DNA of 58,000 nt from Kofleriaceae bacterium (GCA_046597055.1 JBKJLC010000026.1:1-58000); one strand, 5' to 3'. Positions 1-8,791 are shown, counted from the first letter of the stretch. Numbers and translations: made by a program. Notes: a model not told the origin generated them from the sequence alone.

Positions 1-133
1 GGCCAGACGTCTGGCAGCACCAGCGCGGCCAGAACGTCCTCGCCGAGGCCGTCATGACCTTCGCCGCCCACCGCGGCCGCCACCGGGACGCTTGTTACGC
101 CGCCCGGCCCCTCTCCCCAAGCTGCTCCCCACC

Positions 134-162
134 TTGACAGCCGCAAACGCCGCTGATACCTA
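134..162 (+). promoter_or_regulatory. Putative sigma70-type promoter of the tRNA-Ala gene
   Basis: Perfect TTGACA at 134-139, 17-nt spacer, then TG-n-TACCTA (154-162), ~40 nt upstream of the tRNA. The -10 match is weak. Confidence 0.4.
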
Positions 163-199
163 TCCGCCTGCCTCGGGCCTCCCCGCGGCATGACAACTT

Positions 200-272
200 G
201 GGGCTGTAGCTCAGCTGGGAGAGCGCTAGAATCGCACTCTAGAGGTCTGGGGTTCGATCCCCCACAGCTCCA
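200..272 (+). tRNA. tRNA-Ala(CGC); CCA not encoded (followed by CCG)
   Basis: Acceptor stem GGGGCTG/CAGCTCC with the G3:U70 alanine identity pair. D arm GCTC/GAGC. Anticodon stem CTAGA/TCTAG around loop ATCGCAC. T loop TTCGATC. Discriminator A272. Confidence 0.96.
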
Positions 273-318
273 CCGAAAAGACTAAGGGTTCCGCGTAACT
301 GCGGGACCATTCGTCGTT
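230..318 (+). repeat. attL-like direct repeat (tRNA 3' half plus downstream hairpin)
   Basis: 230-308 is identical to 3921-3999 (79 bp), followed by one mismatch and 9 more identical bases. Confidence 0.93.
284..311 (+). terminator. Hairpin downstream of the tRNA (probable terminator); second copy at 3975-4002
   Basis: AAGGGTTCCGCG-TAAC-TGCGGGACC(A/C)TT stem-loop. The right-hand copy pairs fully and the left has one mismatch. Confidence 0.6.
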
Positions 319-326
319 CCGGAGGT

Positions 327-538
327 CTCGAGATCCGGTTTGCGGAACGAAATGCGGAACGGAACGTTCCGCAGCGTATTCCAGCAAACAATCACGGGCG
401 CGCTCCCCGCGAGCGGATCCCCGCCCGTGCCGCCGCCAGCACCACCACCGCGGCCCGGGGGGGCTCGAGATCCGGCTTGCGGAACGAAATGCGGAACGAA
501 ACGTTCCGCAGCGTATTCCAGCAAACGTTCACGGGCGC
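327..538. repeat. Two ~75-bp direct repeats (327-401, 464-538), each with TGCGGAACG x2 plus an inverted CGTTCCGCA; putative integrase arm-type sites
   Basis: 9-mers at 341-349, 353-361, 365-373 (inverted) and at 478-486, 490-498, 502-510 (inverted). Related motifs lie at 3863-3884 just inside attR. Confidence 0.75.
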
Positions 539-1134
539 CCCGCTGCGAGCGAGCGCCCGCCCTTGCCACCGTCCAGCACCTTCAGCGCCCGCGCCTGGGT
601 GGCGCGGCCGACGGCCTCCGGGTTGGCGTAGCTCTGGGCCGTGGTCGCGAACGACTCGTGCCCCAGGGCGTCGGCCACCGCGCGGGACGTAACTCCCGCC
701 TCGACCGCGAGGGTCGAGTGAAGGCCCCGCTGTCCGTGGGCCGTGACAACCGGCACCCGGACCTCGGTGCAGATGCGCTGGACCCACTTGCGTGGCCATG
801 CGCGATGGAAACGGCCGCCCTCCGGGTTGGAGAACAGGGGATCGGTCGGCTGCTTGCCCTCGATCAGCGCCAGCAGGTACGGCTGGAGCACCTCGGGGAC
901 CTGCAGCGTTCGTCGCCCCTTCGCATGGACATCCTCCTCCGTGGTCGTGATGAGAAGGATGGGAGCGAGCATGGGCCGACGCGATCGATAGGTGCGGCGG
1001 ACCCCGGTCCAAGGGCGGCCGTCGAACGGCGGTTCGAGCCAGGCCGAGCCACGCATCCGCACGAGGGAGATCTGCCGGTCGCGCCGCGCGGCGTTGAGTA
1101 GCCCGTGCCCGGCTGTTAGCGTCGCCACGGCCAC
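529..1134 (-). pseudogene. Tyrosine recombinase/integrase remnant (C-terminal catalytic part only)
   Basis: HGQRGLHSTLAVEAG (HxxR), ALGH and the catalytic Tyr in AQSY are present. The first catalytic Arg motif and the N-terminal binding domains are absent and replaced by unrelated sequence. Confidence 0.85.
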
Positions 1135-1153
1135 CTGCTCCGCGCTCTGATCC

Positions 1154-1214
1154 AGATCCTGACAGCAGCGCTGTCAGAATCTCCCGCAAGTCTCGATCAA
1201 CGGGCGTTGATCGA
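1154..1214. promoter_or_regulatory. Two adjacent inverted repeats upstream of darT (operator-like)
   Basis: CTGACAGC-agc-GCTGTCAG (1159-1177, extendable to 1154-1182) and a perfect TCGATCAACG-gg-CGTTGATCGA (1193-1214). Confidence 0.5.
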
Positions 1215-1232
1215 ATCACCTAGTCCACCCGC

Positions 1233-1880
1233 GTGACCCCGCCCCCTTCCAACCCCAAGGTCTTCCACATCACGCACGTGGACAACCTCGCGGCGATCGT
1301 CGCCGCCGGCCGTCTTCGTTCCGATGCCACCATGCTCGCGCGTGGTGGGCCGGCCGCCGGGATCGGCATGAACAAGATCAAGCAGCGGCGGCTCGCGCTG
1401 CCCGTGTCATGCCATCCAGGCGATCACGTCGGCGACTACGTCCCGTTCTACTTCTGCCCGCGCTCGATCATGCTGTTCGTCATCCACTGCGCGAACCACC
1501 CGGACTTGACCTACCGAGGCGGACAGGGGCCGATCGTTCACCTACAGGCCGACGTCCACCGCGTGCTTGCTTGGGCCCGGCACCATGGGCGCCGCTGGGC
1601 CTTGTCGACCTCGAACGCTGGGGCCCGCTACGCCACTTTCGGTTCGACCACGGCCGACCTTGCTGCGATCGAGTGGAGCTCCATCGCCGCGACCGACTTC
1701 CGCGACCCCGCCGTGAAGGAGGCCAAGCAGGCCGAGTTCCTCGTGCATGACTCCTTCCCTTGGGATCTAGTCGAGGCGGTGGGCGTCCACTCCGTCGCCA
1801 TCCGCGCCCACGCACAAGCGGCGATATCGATGGCCAGGCACCAGCCGCCGGTTGATGTCCGTCCCGGGTGGTACTACTAG
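1233..1880 (+). CDS. darT: DarT ssDNA ADP-ribosyltransferase toxin (DUF4433)
   Basis: FHITHVDNL, DYVPFYFCPRSIML, KQAEFLV (catalytic Glu) and a C-terminal WYY. Sits directly upstream of a macrodomain gene. Confidence 0.95.
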   Translation: MTPPPSNPKVFHITHVDNLAAIVAAGRLRSDATMLARGGPAAGIGMNKIKQRRLALPVSCHPGDHVGDYVPFYFCPRSIMLFVIHCANHPDLTYRGGQGPIVHLQADVHRVLAWARHHGRRWALSTSNAGARYATFGSTTADLAAIEWSSIAATDFRDPAVKEAKQAEFLVHDSFPWDLVEAVGVHSVAIRAHAQAAISMARHQPPVDVRPGWYY

Positions 1881-1895
1881 GCGGGATCGCGGTCG

Positions 1896-2951
1896 ATGAT
1901 CGAGCTAGCCCACGGAGACATCCTCAAGGCCGACGCGGAGGCGCTGGTCAACACGGTCAACTGCGTCGGCATCATGGGCCGGGGCGTCGCCGCGCAGTTC
2001 AAGCGCGCGTTTCCGAAGAATTTCGCGGTGTACGCGGCAGCGTGCAAGCGCCATGAGGTCCAGCCCGGACGGATGCTCATCGTCGAGACCGGCCAGCTGG
2101 CCCACCCGCGCTGGGTCATCAACTTCCCGACCAAGCGGCACTGGCGCGCCCAGAGCCGGATGGAGGACATCGACGCCGGCCTGGTCGCCCTGCTCGCGGA
2201 AATGCGCAGCCGCGGCATCAAGTCCGTCGCGGTTCCGCCGCTGGGCTGCGGCCTCGGCGGTCTCGCGTGGCGCGACGTCCGTCCGCGCATCGAGCGCGCG
2301 TTCGCCGGCCTCCCCGACGTGAAAGTCCTGCTCTTCGAACCGGGCGGTGCCCCTGCCGCCGAAGCGATGGTGCGCCCTTCCGCCACGCCAAAGCTGACCC
2401 CGGGACGCGCCGTCCTCGTCGGGCTGATCGAGCGCTACCTCGCCGGGCTCATGGACCCGTTCGTCTCCCTGCTCGAAGTCCACAAGCTCATGTACTTCAT
2501 GCAGGAGGCCGGCGAGCCGCTCCGCCTTCGGTACAAGAAGGCGCACTACGGCCCCTACGCCGAGAACCTCCGCCAGGTCCTCGCGCATGTCGAAGGCCAC
2601 CTGCTGTCCGGATACGCCGACGGCGGAGACTCGCCCGACAAGCGGCTTGAGCTCGTGCCCGGCGCGAGCGCGTCCGCCGCCGGCTTCCTCGAGGGTCACC
2701 CCGGCACGAGGGCCCGATTCGAGCGCGTCGCCGAGCTGGTCCAGGGTTTCGAAACGCCATTCGGCATGGAGCTCCTCGCAACCGTGCACTGGGTCGCGGT
2801 GCACGAAGGCGCCCGCACGGCCGACGACGCGATCGCCGCCGTCTACGCCTGGAACGAGCGCAAGCGCGTGTTCGAGCCACGGCAGATCCGGATCGCGTGG
2901 GATGTGCTGGCCGGCGGGAGCTGGGTCCCGGCGGAGCCGCCCGCGACATAG
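1896..2951 (+). CDS. darG: DarG macrodomain antitoxin (ADP-ribosyl glycohydrolase)
   Basis: GDILKADAEALVNTVNCVGIMGRGVAAQFK, INFPTKRHW, PPLGCGLGGL, plus a C-terminal HKLMYF/YGPYA/GFETPFGMELLATVHW domain. Confidence 0.95.
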   Translation: MIELAHGDILKADAEALVNTVNCVGIMGRGVAAQFKRAFPKNFAVYAAACKRHEVQPGRMLIVETGQLAHPRWVINFPTKRHWRAQSRMEDIDAGLVALLAEMRSRGIKSVAVPPLGCGLGGLAWRDVRPRIERAFAGLPDVKVLLFEPGGAPAAEAMVRPSATPKLTPGRAVLVGLIERYLAGLMDPFVSLLEVHKLMYFMQEAGEPLRLRYKKAHYGPYAENLRQVLAHVEGHLLSGYADGGDSPDKRLELVPGASASAAGFLEGHPGTRARFERVAELVQGFETPFGMELLATVHWVAVHEGARTADDAIAAVYAWNERKRVFEPRQIRIAWDVLAGGSWVPAEPPAT

Positions 2952-3031
2952 CGGCCCGACGCCGCGCGTACCAAGCCGTCATCACCGAGCGATCGCATCG
3001 CTGCCGGCGAGCGTGTGGGCCCAGACGATAG

Positions 3032-3559
3032 TCATCGCCGCACAGACCGGACCAGCGCCGCGATCAGCAGGAGCTCGAGCTGCACGATCCAGATCAGGCG
3101 TAGCGGGCTCACGGGATCGTAATAGCGGCCGCTCTGGGCGAAGAGCGCGACGCCGAGCAGCACCCCGAGAACAACAAACCGGACGACCGAGCCGCGCTCG
3201 ATCACGGCGAACACCAGCGCGGCCTCGACCAGCGTCTGGATCAGCGTTCGCGCGATCGCGCCCCTTTCGGCGGCCCCGCCGATCCAGATCGCGAACGCGG
3301 CGAACGCGATGACGAGCGCGACGCGCCGGATCCAGGCCCGCATGCTGTCCGCCGTGATGTCGACCGCGAACGCTGCCCCGAGGCCGACCGAGCCCATGAA
3401 GCGAGCCAAGGTCGGCACCCGGTTCGATGCTGCGAAGATCCAGCAAACCGTGGCGATCAAGACGGCGCCGTGGAGGGCGATCCGCAGGCGTGACTCCCTC
3501 ACTCGGCTGCAGCCCGCAACACTTGCGACATGTTGGGCTTCGGGCGCTGGGCATGTCAA
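3032..3559 (-). CDS. Hypothetical multi-pass membrane protein (island cargo; start uncertain)
   Basis: ORF with about 5-6 hydrophobic segments; no recognised family. Confidence 0.5.
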   Translation of the reverse strand: MTCPAPEAQHVASVAGCSRVRESRLRIALHGAVLIATVCWIFAASNRVPTLARFMGSVGLGAAFAVDITADSMRAWIRRVALVIAFAAFAIWIGGAAERGAIARTLIQTLVEAALVFAVIERGSVVRFVVLGVLLGVALFAQSGRYYDPVSPLRLIWIVQLELLLIAALVRSVRR

Positions 3560-3920
3560 ACGTGGCGATCCTCGTTGATCTGATGGCCCAACCGGTACTG
3601 GACACGGGCGCCGGTGGTGTCGCAGAACTCGCGCGGCGAGACGGCGACCGCAGGGCGGCGGAACCTCGCGTCAAACTCACGCGGGCTGCTCGACAGCACG
3701 CGGGACTGCGTCGTGCGAAGGCGAGCTGATCAACTCCGTCGTTCATTCTCTGAACGTCGGGCTGACAGCATCCATCAACGAGCCAACAAACGAGCGAGCC
3801 GGCGAGGTAGTCGCCGAGCGGGCCGCCGAGTGCGATCGAGCCGTGCGGAGGTGCTCACGTTGCGTTCCGCCGCGGAATGAAATGACGTTGCAACGTACTA
3901 GAACTACACGGCTATTTCAT

Positions 3921-4009
3921 AATCGCACTCTAGAGGTCTGGGGTTCGATCCCCCACAGCTCCACCGAAAAGACTAAGGGTTCCGCGTAACTGCGGGACCC
4001 TTCGTCGTT
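3921..4009 (+). repeat. attR-like direct repeat (duplicated tRNA-Ala 3' half; not a complete tRNA)
   Basis: Copy of 230-318 that lacks the tRNA 5' half. Confidence 0.93.
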
Positions 4010-4410
4010 TCGGCGGTCGCGGCGGCCGCGGCTTTCCCCACACGGGTGGGTCGCGTGCGGCGGCCGAGCTTCGCGACCGCCCGGCGCTGCCTGGCGTGCG
4101 CCACGGTGTTCGCGTCGGCGTACGACACGAGCGTCGCGCGCACAGACGCATGGCCGAGGGCGGAGGCGACCGTCGGCGGCGAGATCCCGGCATCGATCGC
4201 GAGCGTCGCGTGCAGGCCTCGCAACGAGTGAGTGCAGATCAGCGGGGTCCCCGCGCGGTCACAGATGCGCCGGACCCAGGTGTAGAGCCACTCGCGGCGG
4301 TGCGGGAACAGGCGCGCGAGCGGAGGTTGGCCGTCCGACAACCGGAGCAGATGCCGGCGAAGCACCGCCGGGATCTCGAGCACGCGCCGACCGCGCCGAC
4401 CAGACCGGGT
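3973..4410 (-). pseudogene. Second tyrosine integrase remnant, paralogous to 529-1134
   Basis: GRRVLEIPAVL, THSLRGLHATLAIDAG, ALGH and LVSYAD are present. The N-terminus is lost where an IS remnant begins. Confidence 0.85.
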
Positions 4411-4427
4411 GCCTGACGTCAACTACA

Positions 4428-4826
4428 TTGCCTCGTGTTGCCTCACGAGCCGTTGCTACCACGCTGCGTCAGCGAGATCGCACCCGTCGGTCTCATCAAT
4501 TCGTTTTGGCGATGGCGGACGTCGATACCGGCGCGGCGATGTCCGCGGTGAGCACGAGCCTCATCGCGGCCGCCCGACGCCAGACCTGGACGCGACGTTG
4601 AAGGGTGCGGAGCAACCCGACCGGGTAGCCCCCCCGGTTCTTCGGCCTGAAGCCGTACGAGCAGTTCACTCGCTGTCCGATCGGGCTCGCTGGTCCAGCC
4701 AAGCGACGATGCGAGGCCACACGTGCTCGAACGGATCCTTTGCGAGTCCGCCAGTCGCGGCCGGGCTTGGGTTCCTTGCGATGGGTGGGGCGGACTCCTC
4801 CGTCATGCCAGGCCGTCGACAGACTC
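4428..4826 (-). mobile_element. Transposase 3'-end remnant (DDE/ISNCY-like) with probable element end
   Basis: Frameshifted LSTAWHDGGVRPTHRKEPKPGRDWRTRK..DPFEHVWPRI..GLLRTLQRRVQVWR. 4546-4826 is a close direct repeat of 5885-6162. Tandem TTGCCTC at 4428-4434 and 4438-4444. Confidence 0.65.
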
Positions 4827-4975
4827 GGTTGGTGGGGCGGCTTGGGCCGGTAAAGCACGGAGTTCGATCATTTCGCCGCGGCGGCGATGGCAGCGCCGCG
4901 CGCCCATCGAATCCATGGACGCGGGCGCCTCGCGCACACCCACTCGCCCCGGCAGACGTGGCACCGTCGGTGCGC

Positions 4976-5845
4976 ATGCCCCCTGGCCTCGCCGCGCTGA
5001 TCCATCCTCCCGCCCTGCCCCCGCTGCTCGGGAACGGCGGCGGCAACGAACCCGTCGTCGTGCACGGCATCCGGGACTCGGCGGCCGAGCTGTTCGCGAT
5101 CCCGTTCCTCGCCTCGCTCGACGCGCTGCTCAGGTCGTGGCCCGACCCGGTGCAGGTCCACCTGCCCGACGTCGCGGACGAGGCGAGCGCGATCCGCGCG
5201 TCACCGCACGACGCGCGCAAGCTGTTCGCGAGCGGCATGGGCCTGTTGTTCGAGGAGGTGCAGCTCCATGCCCCGCAGCTCGTCGCGTGGCTCGGCGCGA
5301 TCCGCCGCGACCTCGGACTGTCGGCGTTGACGCAGCAGCGCTGTCTCGTGTACGCGACGCGGGCCGGAAACGGCACCGCGCCGCACTTCGATCAGAACGT
5401 CAACCTCGTGCTGCAGCTCCACGGCACGAAGACCTGGTCGCTCGCGCCGAACACCAGCGTCGCGCGCCCGATGACCCGGTACACGATCGGCCAGCCTCTC
5501 GACCCCGAGCTCCAGTCGTACGCGAAGCTGCCGATGCCCCGCGCGCTGCCCGCCGATCGCACCGACGTCGTCCTCGAGCCCGGCTCCGTCCTGTTCGTGC
5601 CGCGCGGGATGTGGCACTCGACGCACGCGACCACCGATGCGCTGTCGCTGAACTTCACGTTCACCCCGCCGACCTGGATCGACCTGTTCACCGCGGCCTT
5701 GCGTGGCCGACTCGCGCAGTCACCGGACTGGCGCGCGACCGCGCTGGCGACCTCCGTGGCAACCTTCGACGCTCTCTTGCGCGGGCTCGCCGAAGAGGCG
5801 CCCGGCTGGAACGCGACCGAGATCCTCGAGGTCACCGAGGGGTGA
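4976..5845 (+). CDS. JmjC/cupin 2-oxoglutarate-Fe(II) oxygenase
   Basis: GTAPHFD (HxD), LQLHGTKTW, LEPGSVLFVPRGMWHST (distal His) and LSLN. Start taken at ATG 4976 because the upstream part of the ORF overlaps the IS remnant. Confidence 0.85.
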   Translation: MPPGLAALIHPPALPPLLGNGGGNEPVVVHGIRDSAAELFAIPFLASLDALLRSWPDPVQVHLPDVADEASAIRASPHDARKLFASGMGLLFEEVQLHAPQLVAWLGAIRRDLGLSALTQQRCLVYATRAGNGTAPHFDQNVNLVLQLHGTKTWSLAPNTSVARPMTRYTIGQPLDPELQSYAKLPMPRALPADRTDVVLEPGSVLFVPRGMWHSTHATTDALSLNFTFTPPTWIDLFTAALRGRLAQSPDWRATALATSVATFDALLRGLAEEAPGWNATEILEVTEG

Positions 5846-5884
5846 TCCGAGCGCCGGAGCGCCGCACGCCGTGGGTCTCGCGCC

Positions 5885-6320
5885 CGGTGAACACGAGCCT
5901 CATCGCGGCCGCACGACGCCAGACCGTGACGCGACGTTGAAGGGTGCGGAGCAACCCGACCGGGTAGACCTCCGGTTCTTCGGCCCGAAGCCGTACGAGC
6001 AGCTCGCTCGCAGTCCGATCGGGCTCGCTGTCCAGCCATCCGACGATGCGAGGCCACACGTGCTCGAACGGATCCTTGCGAGTCCGCCAGTCGCGGCCGG
6101 GCTTGGGTTCCTGGCGATGGGTGGGGCGGACTTCTCCGTCGTGCCAGGCCGTCGACAGGCTCTTGAGGAACTGGTCGAGTTCGCCGTCACGATGGGGAAC
6201 GACGTGCGGCACCCCTCCAGCTGCAAGACCTGCGAGCTGCTGCTGCACCGTCCGGATTTCGTCGAGCAGTCGCAGCGGATCGAGCGTGATAGCGACGGCG
6301 CGCAGCGCTCCCCTCTCTGA
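5885..6320 (-). mobile_element. Transposase 3'-part remnant, second copy
   Basis: LDPLRLLDEIRTVQQQLA..FLKSLSTAWHDGEVRPTHR..WRTRKDPFEHVWP..LLRTLQRRV; no N-terminal or catalytic region. Confidence 0.65.
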
Positions 6321-6442
6321 CGGGGCATGGCGAGGACTAACATTTGGTTGCACTCACGTCCAATTGCAGATGTGCTGCTCTGCGACGATTGTGAGGTCGC
6401 AAGCTGCGGGTACGTTCACGGGCGCCGTACCGTCAGCAGCCC

Positions 6443-7444
6443 ATGGGTGGAAGGCTGTTCGACCTGCCGCGGATGCCGCGCGCCGACTACCTCGCGCGCG
6501 AGGCCGAGATTCGCGCGTACCTGGACCGCGTCATACCCGGCGCCTACCGCATCCCGCGCTACTACGACGACAAGGCCGATTTCGGCGACATGGACGTGAT
6601 CGTCGCGGCCGGGCCCGACTGGCACGAGCGGCGCCAGGCGATCGCCGCCGACCTCGGCATCACCCGCAGCAAGGTCGTCGGGCACGTCTTCTCAACGGTG
6701 TACCGCGCGCTGCAGACCGACTTCTTCGCGGTGCCGGCGCACTACCTCGACAGCACGTTCGTCTTCATGTCGTTCAATGACGTCGGCAACGTCATCGGCC
6801 GCATGTGCCGGCGCTTCAACCTCAAGTGGGGCGAGCACGGCCTCATCTATGTCCACCGCCGCGCCGGCTCCGACTCGTACCAGGTCGATCTTCCGGTGAC
6901 CCAGGACTTCACCCGGGTCTGCGGCTTCCTCGGTCTCGATCACGGGACGTGGCAGCGCGGGTTCGCCGATCTCGACGCGCTGTTCGCGTGGGTGATCCGC
7001 AGCCCATACTTCTCGGTGGCGCCGTACCTCGACGAGGTCACCGGCGCGATGCGGCAGCGCAGTCGCGAGCGGCCGACCATCGTTCGCTTCATCGCGTGGC
7101 TGCGCGAGCATGGCGTCGAGCAGCGACCGGCTCTCGCCGAGCGCGCCAGCTATCTGCCGCAGCTGGCCGCCGGGTTCCCGGACGCCGACCTGCCCGGGCA
7201 GCTCCACGCCGAGGAGGTCAAGGAGGTGCGCGCCATCGCCCTGCGCGCGCGGTGGAGCGGGAAGCTGGTGATGCGGCTGCGACCCGAGCTCGCCGGCGCC
7301 GCCCTGGGCGATTTCATCCAGGCCTTCCGCGCCTCGTTGGGAGGCCCCGACCGGTTCGAGACCTGGGTACTCGCCACGGATCCCGACGAGCTCGAGCGCC
7401 GGATCCTGGCCTTCGATGTGGGGTTCCGCCCGCAGGTGATGTAG
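6443..7444 (+). CDS. Putative pol-beta-superfamily nucleotidyltransferase, function unknown
   Basis: KADFGDMDVIV (DxD), third acidic residue in LQTDFF, and NDVGNVIGRM..FNLKWGEHGL resembling the PolX thumb region. Confidence 0.6.
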   Translation: MGGRLFDLPRMPRADYLAREAEIRAYLDRVIPGAYRIPRYYDDKADFGDMDVIVAAGPDWHERRQAIAADLGITRSKVVGHVFSTVYRALQTDFFAVPAHYLDSTFVFMSFNDVGNVIGRMCRRFNLKWGEHGLIYVHRRAGSDSYQVDLPVTQDFTRVCGFLGLDHGTWQRGFADLDALFAWVIRSPYFSVAPYLDEVTGAMRQRSRERPTIVRFIAWLREHGVEQRPALAERASYLPQLAAGFPDADLPGQLHAEEVKEVRAIALRARWSGKLVMRLRPELAGAALGDFIQAFRASLGGPDRFETWVLATDPDELERRILAFDVGFRPQVM

Positions 7445-7668
7445 TCGCAGGGATCGCCGATCTTGGCCCGGGCGGTGGTGCCGGGCGGCGCACGCCGCCG
7501 GGCTGATCCGTCGCGACGTCAAGCCGGTGAAAGCGTCGCCGGAGCGCCCGTGGGCGTCCATGACCTCGACCCGCTTCGATCTCGAGACCTACCGGTGCGA
7601 GCGCCTGTTCGCGCGTTCGGCCCGCGGAGCTTTCGCGCCGCGGGACCAGGAGGGACTAGGATGCCGGC

Positions 7669-7953
7669 GTGCGACAGCGGCTCTCCGTTCTGATCCTTGG
7701 CCTGCTGGTCGCCTGCGATGGACCCACCGTGGCCGCGTTCGACGCCGCCGCTCCCAACGATGGCGCCACCGACGCCTCGCCCTGCGGCGTCGCGCCGGCC
7801 GACCCCGACGTGTGTCCCGCGGTGTGCGGCCCGGGCGCCGGCGGCGATATGGCCGCCTGCTGCCAGCAAGTGGGTCCAGGCGAGTGCCTGGTCTGCGCGA
7901 CCGCCGATGACGGCGGCCCCACCTGGCAGCTGGCAACGATCGATTGCTTCTGA
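7669..7953 (+). CDS. Small Cys-rich lipoprotein
   Basis: Signal peptide with lipobox LLVAC and 8 further Cys. Confidence 0.55.
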   Translation: MRQRLSVLILGLLVACDGPTVAAFDAAAPNDGATDASPCGVAPADPDVCPAVCGPGAGGDMAACCQQVGPGECLVCATADDGGPTWQLATIDCF

Positions 7954-8072
7954 CGGTCGGGCGACGCCCGGCGGCTCCGCGGCGCAGGAAGCGCTCGATG
8001 GCGAGGGCGGCCTCGGTCGGCGCCGCCCGCCTCCAGCGCCAATCGACCCCCAGGAGCATGTGACGCCGCGCC

Positions 8073-8606
8073 TCAGTTGGCGGCTTCCGCGAGGTCGCGT
8101 TCGATCGCGTCGAACGTGGTGTCGACGCCCTGGGTGTACGGGTTCCAGTCGAGGTCGGTGGTACTGGCCATCGCGTCGATGTTCTTCGCGAGCTGGTCTC
8201 GTCGCGCCCGGATTCCGGTGGCCGCGTCCTTGGACGTGGGGTCGGTCTTGGTCGTCAGTGTGGCCAGCGACGCGTCGAGCTTCGCCAGGCGCTCCGTCAC
8301 GGCCGCGGCGTACGCGACGCGCGCTTCGGTGAGGTTGCCCCGCGCCTGTCCGAGCTGTTGCTGCTGCTGCTCGACGACCTTCTGTCGGTCCGCGAGTGCC
8401 TGCTGCTCACGCAGAAGGTCGCGCTTCTGCTGCTCGAGCTGCTCCTGGTTCTTCGTCAGGTCGGTGCTGGTGGCGGCGACGGCGGCCTGGGCCTTGCGCA
8501 GGTCTTCAGCGGCCTCATCCGTCGCGGCGGAGTTGTTCTTGTTGCCGCACGCCGCGACGAGCACCAGGGGGGTCGAAAGCAGGAGGCGCGTGAGGGAGTT
8601 GCGCAT
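8073..8606 (-). CDS. Coiled-coil lipoprotein
   Basis: MRNSLTRLLLSTPLVLVAAC lipobox and a Q/E-rich heptad region. Confidence 0.75.
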   Translation of the reverse strand: MRNSLTRLLLSTPLVLVAACGNKNNSAATDEAAEDLRKAQAAVAATSTDLTKNQEQLEQQKRDLLREQQALADRQKVVEQQQQQLGQARGNLTEARVAYAAAVTERLAKLDASLATLTTKTDPTSKDAATGIRARRDQLAKNIDAMASTTDLDWNPYTQGVDTTFDAIERDLAEAAN

Positions 8607-8791
8607 TCTCTGTCGTGTAGCAGGTCGCAGCCCGAACGGCGCGTCCGGGACGCGACGAGCTGGCACGAGTCCGCGCCGCTTCCCTCAGGCGGACCGCGCG
8701 CCGAGTCCCACCGTCGTCCGCATGGACTCTGCCCCTGCGCGTCGACCAGAGCGGCACCGGGGCTCTCCCCGGGTGGTAACTTTGTTGCGAA

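Larger units (their letters stand above)
230..4009. mobile_element. tRNA-Ala-integrated mini genomic island (defective integrase, darTG, membrane protein)
   Basis: Bounded by ~89-bp direct repeats starting at the tRNA anticodon loop, with a tyrosine integrase remnant next to attL. Confidence 0.88.

Noticed and set aside
1..137. 3' end of an upstream CDS
   Set aside because: An open frame is plausible but too short to assign.
327..538. CRISPR-like array
   Set aside because: Only two ~75-bp units and no cas genes; better explained as element-end repeats.
3921..3963. Second tRNA gene
   Set aside because: Lacks the 5' acceptor strand and D arm; it is the att duplication.
4409..4975. N-terminal extension of the cupin ORF (478 aa)
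   Set aside because: It is the antisense reading of the transposase remnant.
200..7444. Functional link between the CCA-less tRNA and the nearby nucleotidyltransferase
   Set aside because: CCA-less tRNA genes are common and are served by the housekeeping enzyme; the genes are 6 kb apart with mobile debris between them.
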